A stretch of 58,779 bases of DNA from a virus. The notes under the pieces were generated by a model. It searched no databases, had not been told where the DNA came from, and saw nothing but the letters and a program-made list of their open reading frames with translations. The position numbers and the translations under genes were made by a program. Numbering within the stretch: the stretch's first letter is position 1; every line of letters starts with the position of its first letter. Shown in pieces: positions 18,132-26,665 of the stretch. The stretch spans positions 1 through 58,779 of IMG/VR virus record IMGVR_UViG_3300030319_000027; one strand, given 5' to 3'.

Positions 18132-18395
18132 ATGACGTTGTTTGAAGAAAAGGTGAACGAATACCGAGAAAACAAGCGGCTTTTAGAAGAGCTTGAAGCA
18201 ATGAACGAAAGCATTAAAGCAGATATTATCTGCATGATGCAAGGTGCGCCGGAAATGGCGCAGGGTACGGCAAAAGCCATTTACAAAGATGTGCAGAGTG
18301 TCCGGCTAGATAGCAAGCTACTCAAGACGCTGCACCCGGATGTGTATGCAGAGTGTAGCAGCAAGACCACCTACAAGCGTTTTAGTGTGGTATAA
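18132..18395 (+). CDS. Hypothetical protein (87 aa)
   Basis: RBS AGGAGGG precedes the start. The N-terminus is coiled-coil-like. Confidence 0.55.
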   Translation: MTLFEEKVNEYRENKRLLEELEAMNESIKADIICMMQGAPEMAQGTAKAIYKDVQSVRLDSKLLKTLHPDVYAECSSKTTYKRFSVV

Positions 18396-18408
18396 GGGGG
18401 CGCAAATT

Positions 18409-18627
18409 ATGTTATATTATCGTGTTCCGGCAGGGCTTGACGGGCGGGCGGTTGTGTCCGCTGGCGCATATTGCGGCAAGGTCAAGCGGTATTTAATCGG
18501 CGGCGAACTGTACACGGCCAAAGAGTGCGCCCGTTATGGTATCAGCACGGCAGGGCTTGACCTTGTTACAATCTCACAGCGTCGCACCTTTACCAATTTT
18601 GGCGTTAGACTGGAGGTGCACGCATGA
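18409..18627 (+). CDS. Hypothetical protein (72 aa)
   Basis: ATG 18409 follows AAGGGGG. The upstream part of track ORF 18340 overlaps the preceding gene. Confidence 0.5.
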   Translation: MLYYRVPAGLDGRAVVSAGAYCGKVKRYLIGGELYTAKECARYGISTAGLDLVTISQRRTFTNFGVRLEVHA

Positions 18628-18689
18628 TGCTATCTTGCATCCTGTTCATCTTTTGGTTTTTCTCAGCGCTGTTTAAGGCGTCCAAATAA
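18624..18689 (+). CDS. 21-aa hydrophobic peptide (MMLSCILFIFWFFSALFKASK)
   Basis: ATGA start/stop overlap with the preceding gene, followed by two terminators. Confidence 0.3.
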   Translation: MMLSCILFIFWFFSALFKASK

Positions 18690-18700
18690 GAAGCATTCCA

Positions 18701-18766
18701 CCCGGTCAGAAATGGCCGGGCTTTTCTTTTGCCTTGCACCTGCTGAGGGTGCAGGGCTTTTATTTT
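18701..18766 (+). terminator. Two tandem rho-independent terminators
   Basis: CCCGG-N10-CCGGG followed by CTTTTCTTTT. Then GCACC-N7-GGTGC followed by AGGGCTTTTATTTT. Confidence 0.65.
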
Positions 18767-18879
18767 GCCCGGCGTGGTATTAGACCCACACAAGCGTTCA
18801 CAGCGGCTTTTCTGATATCAATGCAATTTATACAGCCAAAACATCAAAAGCGTTTACAGGGCTTTACAGTGGCGTTTCC

Positions 18880-19330
18880 GTTGATTTGACCCATTCCAGC
18901 GCACACAATACAGCATCCACACAAGCCGCATATACACCACCTGTGCCACGCCGGAGGGCATACCGTCAATCGCTGCACCCACACCGATACCAGATACCAC
19001 CGCCACACCGGACGCTGTGCAGGGCGGCACAGCCGCCTATTATAATAAGGTATATAATGGTGCAACTGTGCGCCCCTGTCGTGGATCCATGCCAGACAGT
19101 GCGGCAGATCGCAGACCGTGCCAGCCCGGCAGGGTCAGTTCCTACCGTCTGCGGATCCGCTGGCAAGTGCTGACAGCGTGCCAGCAGTAAAGACCCGGTG
19201 CACCTGCTGAGGGGTTCAACGTCTCCACCTGTACCGGGTCAGCTCGGCACTCTCAACCCGGCGGGCAGTCCAGTAGCAAGGTCACGGCGGGCGGAACCAC
19301 TGGCGGCTTGTCGCCGCACCTCTTTTCGGG
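18880..19330. other. GC-rich non-coding island B
   Basis: No credible ORF. It shares CGCTGCACC, GATACCAGA, CCGGACGCTG and GGCAGATCG with island A in the same orientation, and contains a short AT patch at 19038-19060. Confidence 0.5.
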
Positions 19331-19360
19331 CTTTCGCCCGATAGCTAATAGAGGTCAGCA

Positions 19361-19591
19361 ATAGTCGTAGCGTTCCGGCTGGAATAGTCGTAGCCAATAG
19401 TCGTGGAATAGTCGTAAAATCGTCAGACAATCAGCGTTTGAAAGTCCTATATATAGTATAGCAACGAACTGTCCGCTGATAGTCGCAGAGTAATAGTCGT
19501 AGCGTTTTCTTGCGAGCCATCGGCAAATAGTCGTTTGTTTTTTGTGTGAAATAGTCGTTCGCCTTTTAGGAAAAGAGAGGTGCGATAGTCG
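19361..19591 (+). repeat. Iteron field: nine same-orientation copies of ATAGTCG
   Basis: Copies start at 19361, 19384, 19397, 19408, 19479, 19493, 19527, 19551 and 19585. Further copies lie at 19902, 20756 and 20838. Confidence 0.8.
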
Positions 19592-19631
19592 CTAAGTCAT
19601 CCGACCACCTCAAAAATCACCTCTCGTTCCA

Positions 19632-19744
19632 ATTTCGCATAATTTATTCTTCCGCTAGTTATATCTATTTCGCATAATAACCGTACTTATTATAGTATAC
19701 AGATATAGTTACCCCCCCGATAATCACAGATTATTTCGTATAAT
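19632..19744 (+). repeat. AT-rich region with three 12-mers ATTTCG(C/T)ATAAT (candidate DNA-unwinding element)
   Basis: Copies at 19632, 19667 and 19733, inside a visibly AT-rich stretch at 19600-19870. Confidence 0.6.
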
Positions 19745-20118
19745 AACTTGTGCCATCCGATTTGGTCTGTTCCTGCTCGATTTAATTCCCAGCAACGTAC
19801 TATGGTATCTTAATTAATTCATAGCATTCTACTAGGAATAGTCAATGCAACATTTGTACATATCAAACCGACTACAAAATGAAGTCAATTCTCCATGTGA
19901 AATAGTCGCAGATGGTGATAGGCTAGATGCTGCTACCGTTGAAGGTCACCCGGTCGGCGCGGTGCGCCGGACGATAGAGGGTGACGTAGCGTAGAGGTCA
20001 GCTGGACGGTCTGCCTTTATTCAGCCAATAGAGCTTGACGGCAGATGCTGGTAACGGCTTGCTCTGCTGGCTAACGGTATAGCTTTTGGAGATAGAGGGT
20101 TGTAGGGGGAAAGAACCT

Positions 20119-20823
20119 TTACAGGCGATTGAACTCTGGTTCACAGTACTGTTGCTTCTCTTGCTCTCTGTCAATCCACATATCAGCAAAGGCCTTCCAG
20201 TTTGTTATAGGCTTTCCGGTCTTGGTCATCCAGCCTGTTCCCTCATAGTAGTTCATAAACCTGCTGGCAAGCCTGTTTTCACATCCAGCATCCAAAAAAT
20301 ACTCGCTCACATCCTCGAAGTCCGGCGTGCTGGCGTTCCCATCGGGCGGGTCGCCCGCTTTCTTAATAACTTTTTTTCTTTTCTTTTCTTCTATATTAAG
20401 GAGGTGAACGATTGTTCCCCTCACAGGTGAAGTATCGTTCCCCTCAGAGGTGAATGATTGTTCACCTCCCTTTTCGCTCTTTGAAGATTCTTCCGGCACT
20501 TTGACGTATATCTTATCGGGCTTGTTCTTCCCTTCACGCTTGCGCTCGATCAACCCGGCTTCTTCCAGCTCTTTCAGAGACTTCTTGACCCATCGTTCTG
20601 TGAATCCAGTATCGGCAGCAAGGTCTTTGACGGGATACACGATGTATACTCGCCCTAGTTTGTCAGAAAACTTTCCGCTTCTGCTTGCCCTCTGTGACGA
20701 CCTTGCACGATTGAACAGGTAAATGTAAACAATTTTCTCTGTTGGGCTAACGCCAATAGTCGAGAGGAATCGAGGGTAAACCATGTACCCATTGACCTTT
20801 GTATCGGCTGTCATGTATTCCAT
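20119..20823 (-). CDS. RepA_N-family replication initiator
   Basis: ATG 20823 has RBS AGGAGGAG. The N-terminal winged-helix pattern is YPRFL...EKIVYIYLFNRA...VYIVYPVKDLAADTGFTERWVKKSLKELEEAGLIERKREGKNKPDKIYV. Confidence 0.7.
   Translation of the reverse strand: MEYMTADTKVNGYMVYPRFLSTIGVSPTEKIVYIYLFNRARSSQRASRSGKFSDKLGRVYIVYPVKDLAADTGFTERWVKKSLKELEEAGLIERKREGKNKPDKIYVKVPEESSKSEKGGEQSFTSEGNDTSPVRGTIVHLLNIEEKKRKKVIKKAGDPPDGNASTPDFEDVSEYFLDAGCENRLASRFMNYYEGTGWMTKTGKPITNWKAFADMWIDREQEKQQYCEPEFNRL
20402..20470. repeat. Three tandem 23-bp repeats inside the RepA_N gene
   Basis: AGGTGAACGATTGTTCCCCTCAC / AGGTGAAGTATCGTTCCCCTCAG / AGGTGAATGATTGTTCACCTCCC. Confidence 0.8.
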
Positions 20824-20996
20824 TTTCTCCTCCTGCAATAGTCGTAGACCTCTACAATGCGCCCACAGCCCCGTAGAGCCGTGTCAGAGCCGTTTTCTGT
20901 ATTTAGTCGATAAGTTTGTCATCTGACGCTAAAAGCGTTTGTAGGGCTTCTGTGCGAGTATATGCAAAAGGCTGCCATTGCTGACAGCCCATGTGC

Positions 20997-22205
20997 TCAA
21001 TCCATCCAAGTATACTCTTGAAACCGTTGAATCTGCTTGTTAAACGTAATGGGAAGGTCGCCTATCTCGCCTTCCTTGTTCTTGCTTAGTCGGAACAGGT
21101 ACTTGTCGGGGTTATCGCCGGACAGAAGGATGATTGCATCTGCGTCCTGTTCAATCTGTCCACTCTCTCGCAAGTCGGAGTTGGTAGGCGTTGCTCTGGG
21201 CTTGGATGGGTTCCGATTGAGCTGTGCCAGCGCCACCACAACAATGCCTGTGGTCTGTGCCAGTTCGTGTAAGGCAATGGATATAGCTGTAATGGCTGCA
21301 TATCTATCCTTTGCGCCTGTTTCGTGGATGAGTTGAAGATAGTCTACGAAGATGACTTGAGCCTTTTTACGGAGAGCCTGAGCCTTTATCCACGCTACGT
21401 TCTTTCCGGCAGCGGAGCGGATATATAGTGGCATCTTCATGTTCTTTGCCTGTCCGTCAATCTCACTCAAGCTAACCGCCTTATTTTTCACCGTGTCCAG
21501 AGGGCAGTATATTTGATTAGCCATCAGACGTGCGCCCAGCTTGCGTTTGCTGGTTTCCAAGCTGAAATAGTACACGATGTAGTCCTGCTTTGCCATGCTT
21601 GCTGCTATTTGCAAGGACAGGGCTGTTTTGCCCGCAGACGGTCTGCCGCCGATGATGATAAAATCACCCAGGGAGATGTGCAGCGCTTCATCCAGACGCT
21701 CTAGGCCTGTCTTGATGTACACAGGCTTTTCGTCCATGTGAAGCACATAGTCGTTCAGTACGTCCTCGTATGTCCACGCATCTTCTTCCTCAGCTTTCAG
21801 GCTCATTGCCTCACCCATCTGCTGGTAGATTTCAGACAAATCCTCATAGGTCGTCAATGCGCTAGCGGATTCAACTGCAAGCGACTGGAAGCGCCTTAAT
21901 GCAGCATTTTCCTTTATCCGCTTAGCCCATTCGCCCATGCGTTCACGGCTAAGTACAACACACTCAGTTTCACACGCTTTGCTGCATTCCACAATCAAAT
22001 CCGCAACGTTCTTGTGCGTTTCTCTGAGGTCTACAACGTCTACATATCCACGAAGCTCCCAATAGCCTTTAATCGCATTGAAAGCCTCTTGTAGCTCTTT
22101 TGTTTCAAAGTCAGAATCATCAACTTCAACCATGACTTCGGCTGCAACATCTCTTTTGCACAGCGTTAGACCGCCGATAAATACCGTTTGAACGTCCATT
22201 ATCAT
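20997..22205 (-). CDS. dnaB: DnaB-family replicative helicase
   Basis: 402 aa with Walker A GGRPSAGKTALSLQIA and the DYLQLI motif. Confidence 0.9.
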   Translation of the reverse strand: MIMDVQTVFIGGLTLCKRDVAAEVMVEVDDSDFETKELQEAFNAIKGYWELRGYVDVVDLRETHKNVADLIVECSKACETECVVLSRERMGEWAKRIKENAALRRFQSLAVESASALTTYEDLSEIYQQMGEAMSLKAEEEDAWTYEDVLNDYVLHMDEKPVYIKTGLERLDEALHISLGDFIIIGGRPSAGKTALSLQIAASMAKQDYIVYYFSLETSKRKLGARLMANQIYCPLDTVKNKAVSLSEIDGQAKNMKMPLYIRSAAGKNVAWIKAQALRKKAQVIFVDYLQLIHETGAKDRYAAITAISIALHELAQTTGIVVVALAQLNRNPSKPRATPTNSDLRESGQIEQDADAIILLSGDNPDKYLFRLSKNKEGEIGDLPITFNKQIQRFQEYTWMD

Positions 22206-22840
22206 AGTCTAGGAAACCCCATCTCCGTACTTTGCTCGTACTGGTCATCCTGTTTCAATGCGTAAATGTCCTGCCATCCGGCATAAATGCTCTGGTCGAG
22301 AATGGCTTTCCAGTCATGCCGATCAAACTTTTCCAGCTTATTGCAGAGCATTTGTTTCGCACGGTCTGTCATAGGCTTTTTGATTCTTGTACGCATCTGT
22401 GCGAACTCTCGCAGGGATTCCAGCAGGGCTTTATCGCCATGAGCAAAGTCGGAGAAGATGTCAGGTTTCTTCTTGACCGCACTTTCCGGCAAGGTCTTGA
22501 CGTTCATTTGACTGTCAGTTGATACAATGGGTTCATTGTCATCTGACTTTGAACTCATAGATGAGCTGACCTTCATCTCATTTATGACATGAGGATGAAC
22601 TGACTTTCGTGTAGACCATCCTTTTGACGCAATATCGCTTCTTTTCCATTCTTCATCGAGCAGATGTTTAATCAAAATGAAACAAGATTCTGCTTTTTTC
22701 GAGTTCAAAGTTGCGTCTTTTCCTTCAAAAACGTATGCACAGATTGCATCGTAGAGTTCCAACTTATCTTTACTTTTGAGTGTGGAGATGGCTTCAAAGT
22801 AGTATCGTTGAAATGTAAAGCTGTCTCGTTTTTTGTCCAT
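22202..22840 (-). CDS. Replisome organizer / DnaD-domain helicase-loading protein
   Basis: ATG 22840. The N-terminus FTFQRYYFEAISTL...LYDAICAYVFEG and a DnaD-like C-terminal domain are present. It overlaps the dnaB start. Confidence 0.65.
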   Translation of the reverse strand: MDKKRDSFTFQRYYFEAISTLKSKDKLELYDAICAYVFEGKDATLNSKKAESCFILIKHLLDEEWKRSDIASKGWSTRKSVHPHVINEMKVSSSMSSKSDDNEPIVSTDSQMNVKTLPESAVKKKPDIFSDFAHGDKALLESLREFAQMRTRIKKPMTDRAKQMLCNKLEKFDRHDWKAILDQSIYAGWQDIYALKQDDQYEQSTEMGFPRL

Positions 22841-22842
22841 GC

Positions 22843-23025
22843 TCAATCCTCTTTGTAGCGTTTGTTCCATGCTTCGATGGCTTTTTCCTTGCCAAATGTT
22901 ACAGAAGTGCTCACCCCGCATTTTCCGCAGACTACCCAATTAGCCATGTTAATGTCAAGTGGATGAAGCACTTTTACAGTCGGTGGTTCTGCACCGCAGA
23001 ACGGGCATCTTTTGAGTTCTTCCAT
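22843..23025 (-). CDS. Lar-family restriction alleviation protein
   Basis: 60 aa with CPFCG...CGKCG and a C-terminal ...EAIEAWNKR pattern. Confidence 0.65.
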   Translation of the reverse strand: MEELKRCPFCGAEPPTVKVLHPLDINMANWVVCGKCGVSTSVTFGKEKAIEAWNKRYKED

Positions 23026-23047
23026 TTTTTACCCTTTTCGTCCATGC

Positions 23048-23248
23048 TCATGTCCTTTTGCTCATTCTCTTGATTTTCTCACCCGGAATCATGTAGTGGA
23101 CGTTTGTACACATGCTCCAACGCCAGTCCATCATCTTGTTGTAATCAACTCGATTACTTGGTGCAGAGCGGAAGAACCGGCTCAGCATAGTGAAATTGTT
23201 TCTGCGCCTGTAAATCTGTTTCAGGTGCTTCTTTGACAAGTTTTTCAT
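23048..23248 (-). CDS. Hypothetical protein
   Basis: Co-directional ORF in a tightly packed operon. Confidence 0.35.
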   Translation of the reverse strand: MKNLSKKHLKQIYRRRNNFTMLSRFFRSAPSNRVDYNKMMDWRWSMCTNVHYMIPGEKIKRMSKRT

Positions 23249-23481
23249 TTTCTGAATCCCTCTCTCGTTCTCATAATTCGTTTGAAAACTTCATGTAGCT
23301 TTTCACCTTTACGGTATACAGGTCGGTTGTGCTTCTGCTTGATGTAACCGCACTGCGTTTCGGACTGTCTGACAGCATTTGCAAAATGTTCAGCTGATGC
23401 AGCGCATCGGTTCATTGCTTCTGTTAACGCTTCAAACCCATCCATATTTAGTCCTCCGGCATATCGGGTGCAAACATCCAA
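23245..23481 (-). CDS. Hypothetical protein
   Basis: Co-directional ORF whose ends overlap its neighbours. Confidence 0.4.
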   Translation of the reverse strand: MDVCTRYAGGLNMDGFEALTEAMNRCAASAEHFANAVRQSETQCGYIKQKHNRPVYRKGEKLHEVFKRIMRTREGFRK

Positions 23482-23717
23482 TGTGTGATTTTGAAATCCT
23501 CGTCCGTGTGGATTGACTCGTCATACTCATCACGCCACGCATATTCATACATAGGGTCGTAATATCCGAAACGAATATCCTTTTCTGTCCAGTCTTCATT
23601 AACATCTCCATCTTCATCTCTGAACTGACGTTCTGTCGCTAAAATCAAGAGCGGAGAACCAGCTGGCGGCAGCTCGTTTCGCACGGAATGCCATACATAC
23701 TTGTCCATTTCCATCAC
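23448..23717 (-). CDS. DUF551-like protein
   Basis: W...ELPP... and C-terminal THWMFAP motifs. Confidence 0.5.
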   Translation of the reverse strand: MMEMDKYVWHSVRNELPPAGSPLLILATERQFRDEDGDVNEDWTEKDIRFGYYDPMYEYAWRDEYDESIHTDEDFKITHWMFAPDMPED

Positions 23718-23718
23718 C

Positions 23719-23952
23719 TCATACCATCGGAAACGCCATCCAATGCGTCACCGTCACATCTTCCGGCAGTCTCTCGCCTATCTTATCCCAGAACTCACCG
23801 TCTGCGTAACAGCCAAGAAAGTACGCTGTTGGCGAGATTCCTTGCAACATTTTTCCATTGCCATCACGCCACATTGTCTTAGCCGCGAGCAATAAAGGCT
23901 GAGTTCGTTCTCGTGGCGGTTCGCTTGCCGGATGCCAGAGTGTGTTAGCCAT
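23719..23952 (-). CDS. DUF551-like protein (paralog)
   Basis: WHPASEPP... and C-terminal THWMAFP motifs. Confidence 0.5.
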   Translation of the reverse strand: MANTLWHPASEPPRERTQPLLLAAKTMWRDGNGKMLQGISPTAYFLGCYADGEFWDKIGERLPEDVTVTHWMAFPMV

Positions 23953-24169
23953 TGTTATATCTCGCAGCAGAAAGAACGATTGCGTATCCGATTAAGAAAA
24001 TAACTGCATTGACAGCAACGCAGGCTATGATTTTGATAACAGTGCTGTCAATATATTCATCCAAAGTTTCCCAAAGGATATATCGTTCAAACAGATAAAT
24101 TGGAGATACAAACAATATACCCACCATCGTTGTCAAAATGATGCCTAAAGTAACTTCATATATCGGCAT
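23945..24169 (-). CDS. Small membrane protein
   Basis: ATG 24169 follows GGGAGAAAGGG. Two hydrophobic segments are present. Confidence 0.45.
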   Translation of the reverse strand: MPIYEVTLGIILTTMVGILFVSPIYLFERYILWETLDEYIDSTVIKIIACVAVNAVIFLIGYAIVLSAARYNNG

Positions 24170-24183
24170 TGCCCTTTCTCCCT

Positions 24184-24549
24184 TCAATCTCCGTCCCATA
24201 CACCGTCAGGCCGCATCTTTGCAAACGCCAGCAAACCATACAAAACGCGTTTGGCGTTGCCCTCTGTGGCGTGCCAGTAGTCGCTATCGTCTACATCATC
24301 ACCCAAAGCGGCAATAGCCTTTTCTAAAATCGGGATGCTTTCTGCTCCTGTCTTTCCGTAGATAGAGCGGATGCCCTTTCTACCCAACACATCATCACGA
24401 CGAAAGTAATTTCCATAATTATAGGTGATATTAAGCCACAGTTCTTTTGTTCCTCCAATAGAACGAGTGCCGCCAGAAACAAAGTGCGTATCATCCACTT
24501 CAAGCGTTTCATGCGTTACAGGGTCGCACAGCGAAATATCATAGCTCAT
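24184..24549 (-). CDS. Hypothetical protein
   Basis: ATG 24549 (MSYDISL...). The track ORF starts at an upstream TTG. Confidence 0.45.
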   Translation of the reverse strand: MSYDISLCDPVTHETLEVDDTHFVSGGTRSIGGTKELWLNITYNYGNYFRRDDVLGRKGIRSIYGKTGAESIPILEKAIAALGDDVDDSDYWHATEGNAKRVLYGLLAFAKMRPDGVWDGD

Positions 24550-24742
24550 ATTCGTCCAGCTCCTTTCTGATTTGCTGGCGTTCAATCTGCTTCAATCTTG
24601 CCTTTGCCAGCTTGCGGTTGTCAGCCTTGCAAATAGCCCAGTTGTTGCGATGATTTGCCCAGCAAGCGTATCTATGGCTAAATTCGCTTTGGTCGTACCA
24701 TCCCTTTCCAATAAGCCCTTTATAGGTCTGCTGCCGTTTCAT
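24539..24742 (-). CDS. Hypothetical basic protein
   Basis: ATG 24742 follows GGGAGAAG. Confidence 0.4.
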   Translation of the reverse strand: MKRQQTYKGLIGKGWYDQSEFSHRYACWANHRNNWAICKADNRKLAKARLKQIERQQIRKELDEYEL

Positions 24743-24971
24743 CTTTCTTCTCCCATTCTTTGCATCCACGTTCGTCCCACACGAAGTCTGCAACGTGTTT
24801 TGACTGGTCGTTCACGCACACGCCCTCCGGCTCTGCGTACCATTTGCAAGAGCCACAGGACGGTTCGGATTTGTTCTTGCAGGATTCTGCCTTGCATCGG
24901 ATAGCCTTGCCAGCAGAGAACTGCTTAATGCCCATACAAGAGCAATGTTCGGTGGTGCAGTAAACATCCAT
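24720..24971 (-). CDS. Cys-rich hypothetical protein
   Basis: 83 aa with about 11 Cys residues. Confidence 0.4.
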   Translation of the reverse strand: MDVYCTTEHCSCMGIKQFSAGKAIRCKAESCKNKSEPSCGSCKWYAEPEGVCVNDQSKHVADFVWDERGCKEWEKKDETAADL

Positions 24972-25180
24972 TATCTCTCCCCTTTCTTTCTCCTTCTGTT
25001 AGCATTGAACCGCCCGATCACTCGCTTATACTCCTCATAGCACCCCGGGCATAGGTCGCCTGTGTCCCTGCGCCACGCCCAGTCTTTGAAGTATTCGTCA
25101 GGGTTCATCACCCTGCCGCCTAGAACCGCTCCGCAGCGGTCGCATACTCGCTTGTGGTAGATTCCTCTGTCAGTCTGCAT
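24971..25180 (-). CDS. Zinc-ribbon protein
   Basis: CDRCG ... CPGC motifs. Confidence 0.4.
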   Translation of the reverse strand: MQTDRGIYHKRVCDRCGAVLGGRVMNPDEYFKDWAWRRDTGDLCPGCYEEYKRVIGRFNANRRRKKGER

Positions 25181-25929
25181 TAGTCGTCCACCTCTCTATA
25201 TTCCACGTCAATCCCTTTCGGCAAAGCCGTCTGGTACTTCTGTGCCAACTGCTCTGCGCTCTGGGCATCGCCCAACGGCTGTTCAGGCGGTGCAACGGTG
25301 ACTTCCACGTTGTCACGCATACCAAAGTAGTTCTTGGCTCGGAAAATCCACTCTGCCGGGTTCTCCTGACCATACATACCGTTGTACGCCCACATGGACT
25401 GCATTTGTAGAATCAGTTTCAGGATGTATTTCTGCTGCAAGCTGTCGTCACGGCGTTTGCCTGTCATAATCTGTCTCAGGCTAGGCCATTCGATGCCCAG
25501 AACTAGTGCAATCCATTCCACCACAGGGGATATTCTGGCTTCGATGCAAGCATCAAAGAAGAAGTCAAGACGTTGCTGCACTTCAATCGGGTTGTTCATG
25601 TCCACGCTCGGAAGGTCGCCAAAATACTTTGCGGCAATCATTCCGACAACTTTCTTGTCCTCTTCATCGCCGATTCTTGATTGCAAATCGCCAGTATTCA
25701 GCATCTTAGACCTCGTGATTGCTAACTCCTGCTGTTCTTTCACCTTTTTACTCACCTGTGAGCGGATAGATTTCCGCTTGTTAAGCATCTGTTGCTTCTT
25801 CTTCTCACGCTCTTTTTCACGCTTCACGGCGGCTTCTTCTTTCGCCTTTTGTGCTCGCTTCTCACGCTTTTTCTTTTCGGCTTCTGTCAGCGGCGGTCTG
25901 CCACGACCACGCTTTGGGGGTGTTGCCAA
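25180..25929 (-). CDS. Terminase small subunit-like protein
   Basis: TTG start follows GAGGTG. It has an N-terminal GRGRPP AT-hook and a K/E-rich region. The motifs ...VVEWIALVLGIEWPSLRQI... and C-terminal ENPAEWIFRAKNYFGMRD resemble the TerS HTH plus the xxIFxLKNxFGxxD signature. Confidence 0.4.
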   Translation of the reverse strand: MATPPKRGRGRPPLTEAEKKKREKRAQKAKEEAAVKREKEREKKKQQMLNKRKSIRSQVSKKVKEQQELAITRSKMLNTGDLQSRIGDEEDKKVVGMIAAKYFGDLPSVDMNNPIEVQQRLDFFFDACIEARISPVVEWIALVLGIEWPSLRQIMTGKRRDDSLQQKYILKLILQMQSMWAYNGMYGQENPAEWIFRAKNYFGMRDNVEVTVAPPEQPLGDAQSAEQLAQKYQTALPKGIDVEYREVDD

Positions 25930-25943
25930 GAGTTATCACCTCT

Positions 25944-26258
25944 TTATTTTTGTTTTAAATCCATTCTTGCACCGCAGTTCGGGCAATAGTTCGCATAATT
26001 ACGGCGATTTTCTATCGCTTCTTTCAGAATGTTTTCTTTTTCTTCTCTTATATTCCATTCGTATGTGTATTCTTCACCATCCGGTGCGTATAAAGTTTTC
26101 GACCACACTGTATAATTGTTCGGATGATGTTCTCCACACAACGAGCATTTCGCCGTCACATAGGCTTTTAATTCTCGTTCTTCTGACATCGTGTCCATAT
26201 AATAAGCATCTGGTGAAAGTTTCCAATATCCGTGTTTTAACTCTGCATGTTCTTCCAT
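25944..26258 (-). CDS. Zinc-finger hypothetical protein
   Basis: CSLCG ... CPNCG motifs. Confidence 0.45.
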   Translation of the reverse strand: MEEHAELKHGYWKLSPDAYYMDTMSEERELKAYVTAKCSLCGEHHPNNYTVWSKTLYAPDGEEYTYEWNIREEKENILKEAIENRRNYANYCPNCGARMDLKQK

Positions 26259-26426
26259 GTTCTCACCTCTTCATCTTCGTTTCGATGTTTCTCATTTCCC
26301 GTGCAATCCACAAGATGGAGCAGCAGTTGTCCCACTGCCGCCACCAAGCGCACTTTTCTTTCTCGCAGACGCACCGACCAAGCGGATTACTGGTCATCTT
26401 CATTGGACAGTAAAGTTCGTTGTCCA

Positions 26427-26663
26427 TCAGTACTCCTTTTCGATATGAACCCTTGCAATGCCGACCATTGTATCATCATGGCATTCCATAATCCTACCGT
26501 GACGGAGCGACACACAGTTATATGTAGTGCCACCGTAAAAGCCGGAATTGTCAGTAACCTCGCTTGTCTTCATAAGAAGTTCGCCGTTGTAGTAAAACGG
26601 CTCTCCTTCTTTTAGCGAATCAAAACAAACTCTCTTCTTGCTATGCTCTCCACGAATTTCCAT
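26427..26663 (-). CDS. Hypothetical protein
   Basis: ATG 26663 follows GGTGGAGGT. Confidence 0.4.
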   Translation of the reverse strand: MEIRGEHSKKRVCFDSLKEGEPFYYNGELLMKTSEVTDNSGFYGGTTYNCVSLRHGRIMECHDDTMVGIARVHIEKEY

Positions 26664-26665
26664 AC

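Noticed and set aside
19361-19908. Possible CRISPR array, because of many short repeats
   Set aside because: The repeats are only 7 bp with irregular 6-70 bp spacing and no spacer-like uniformity, and there are no cas genes. They fit iterons of a replication origin.
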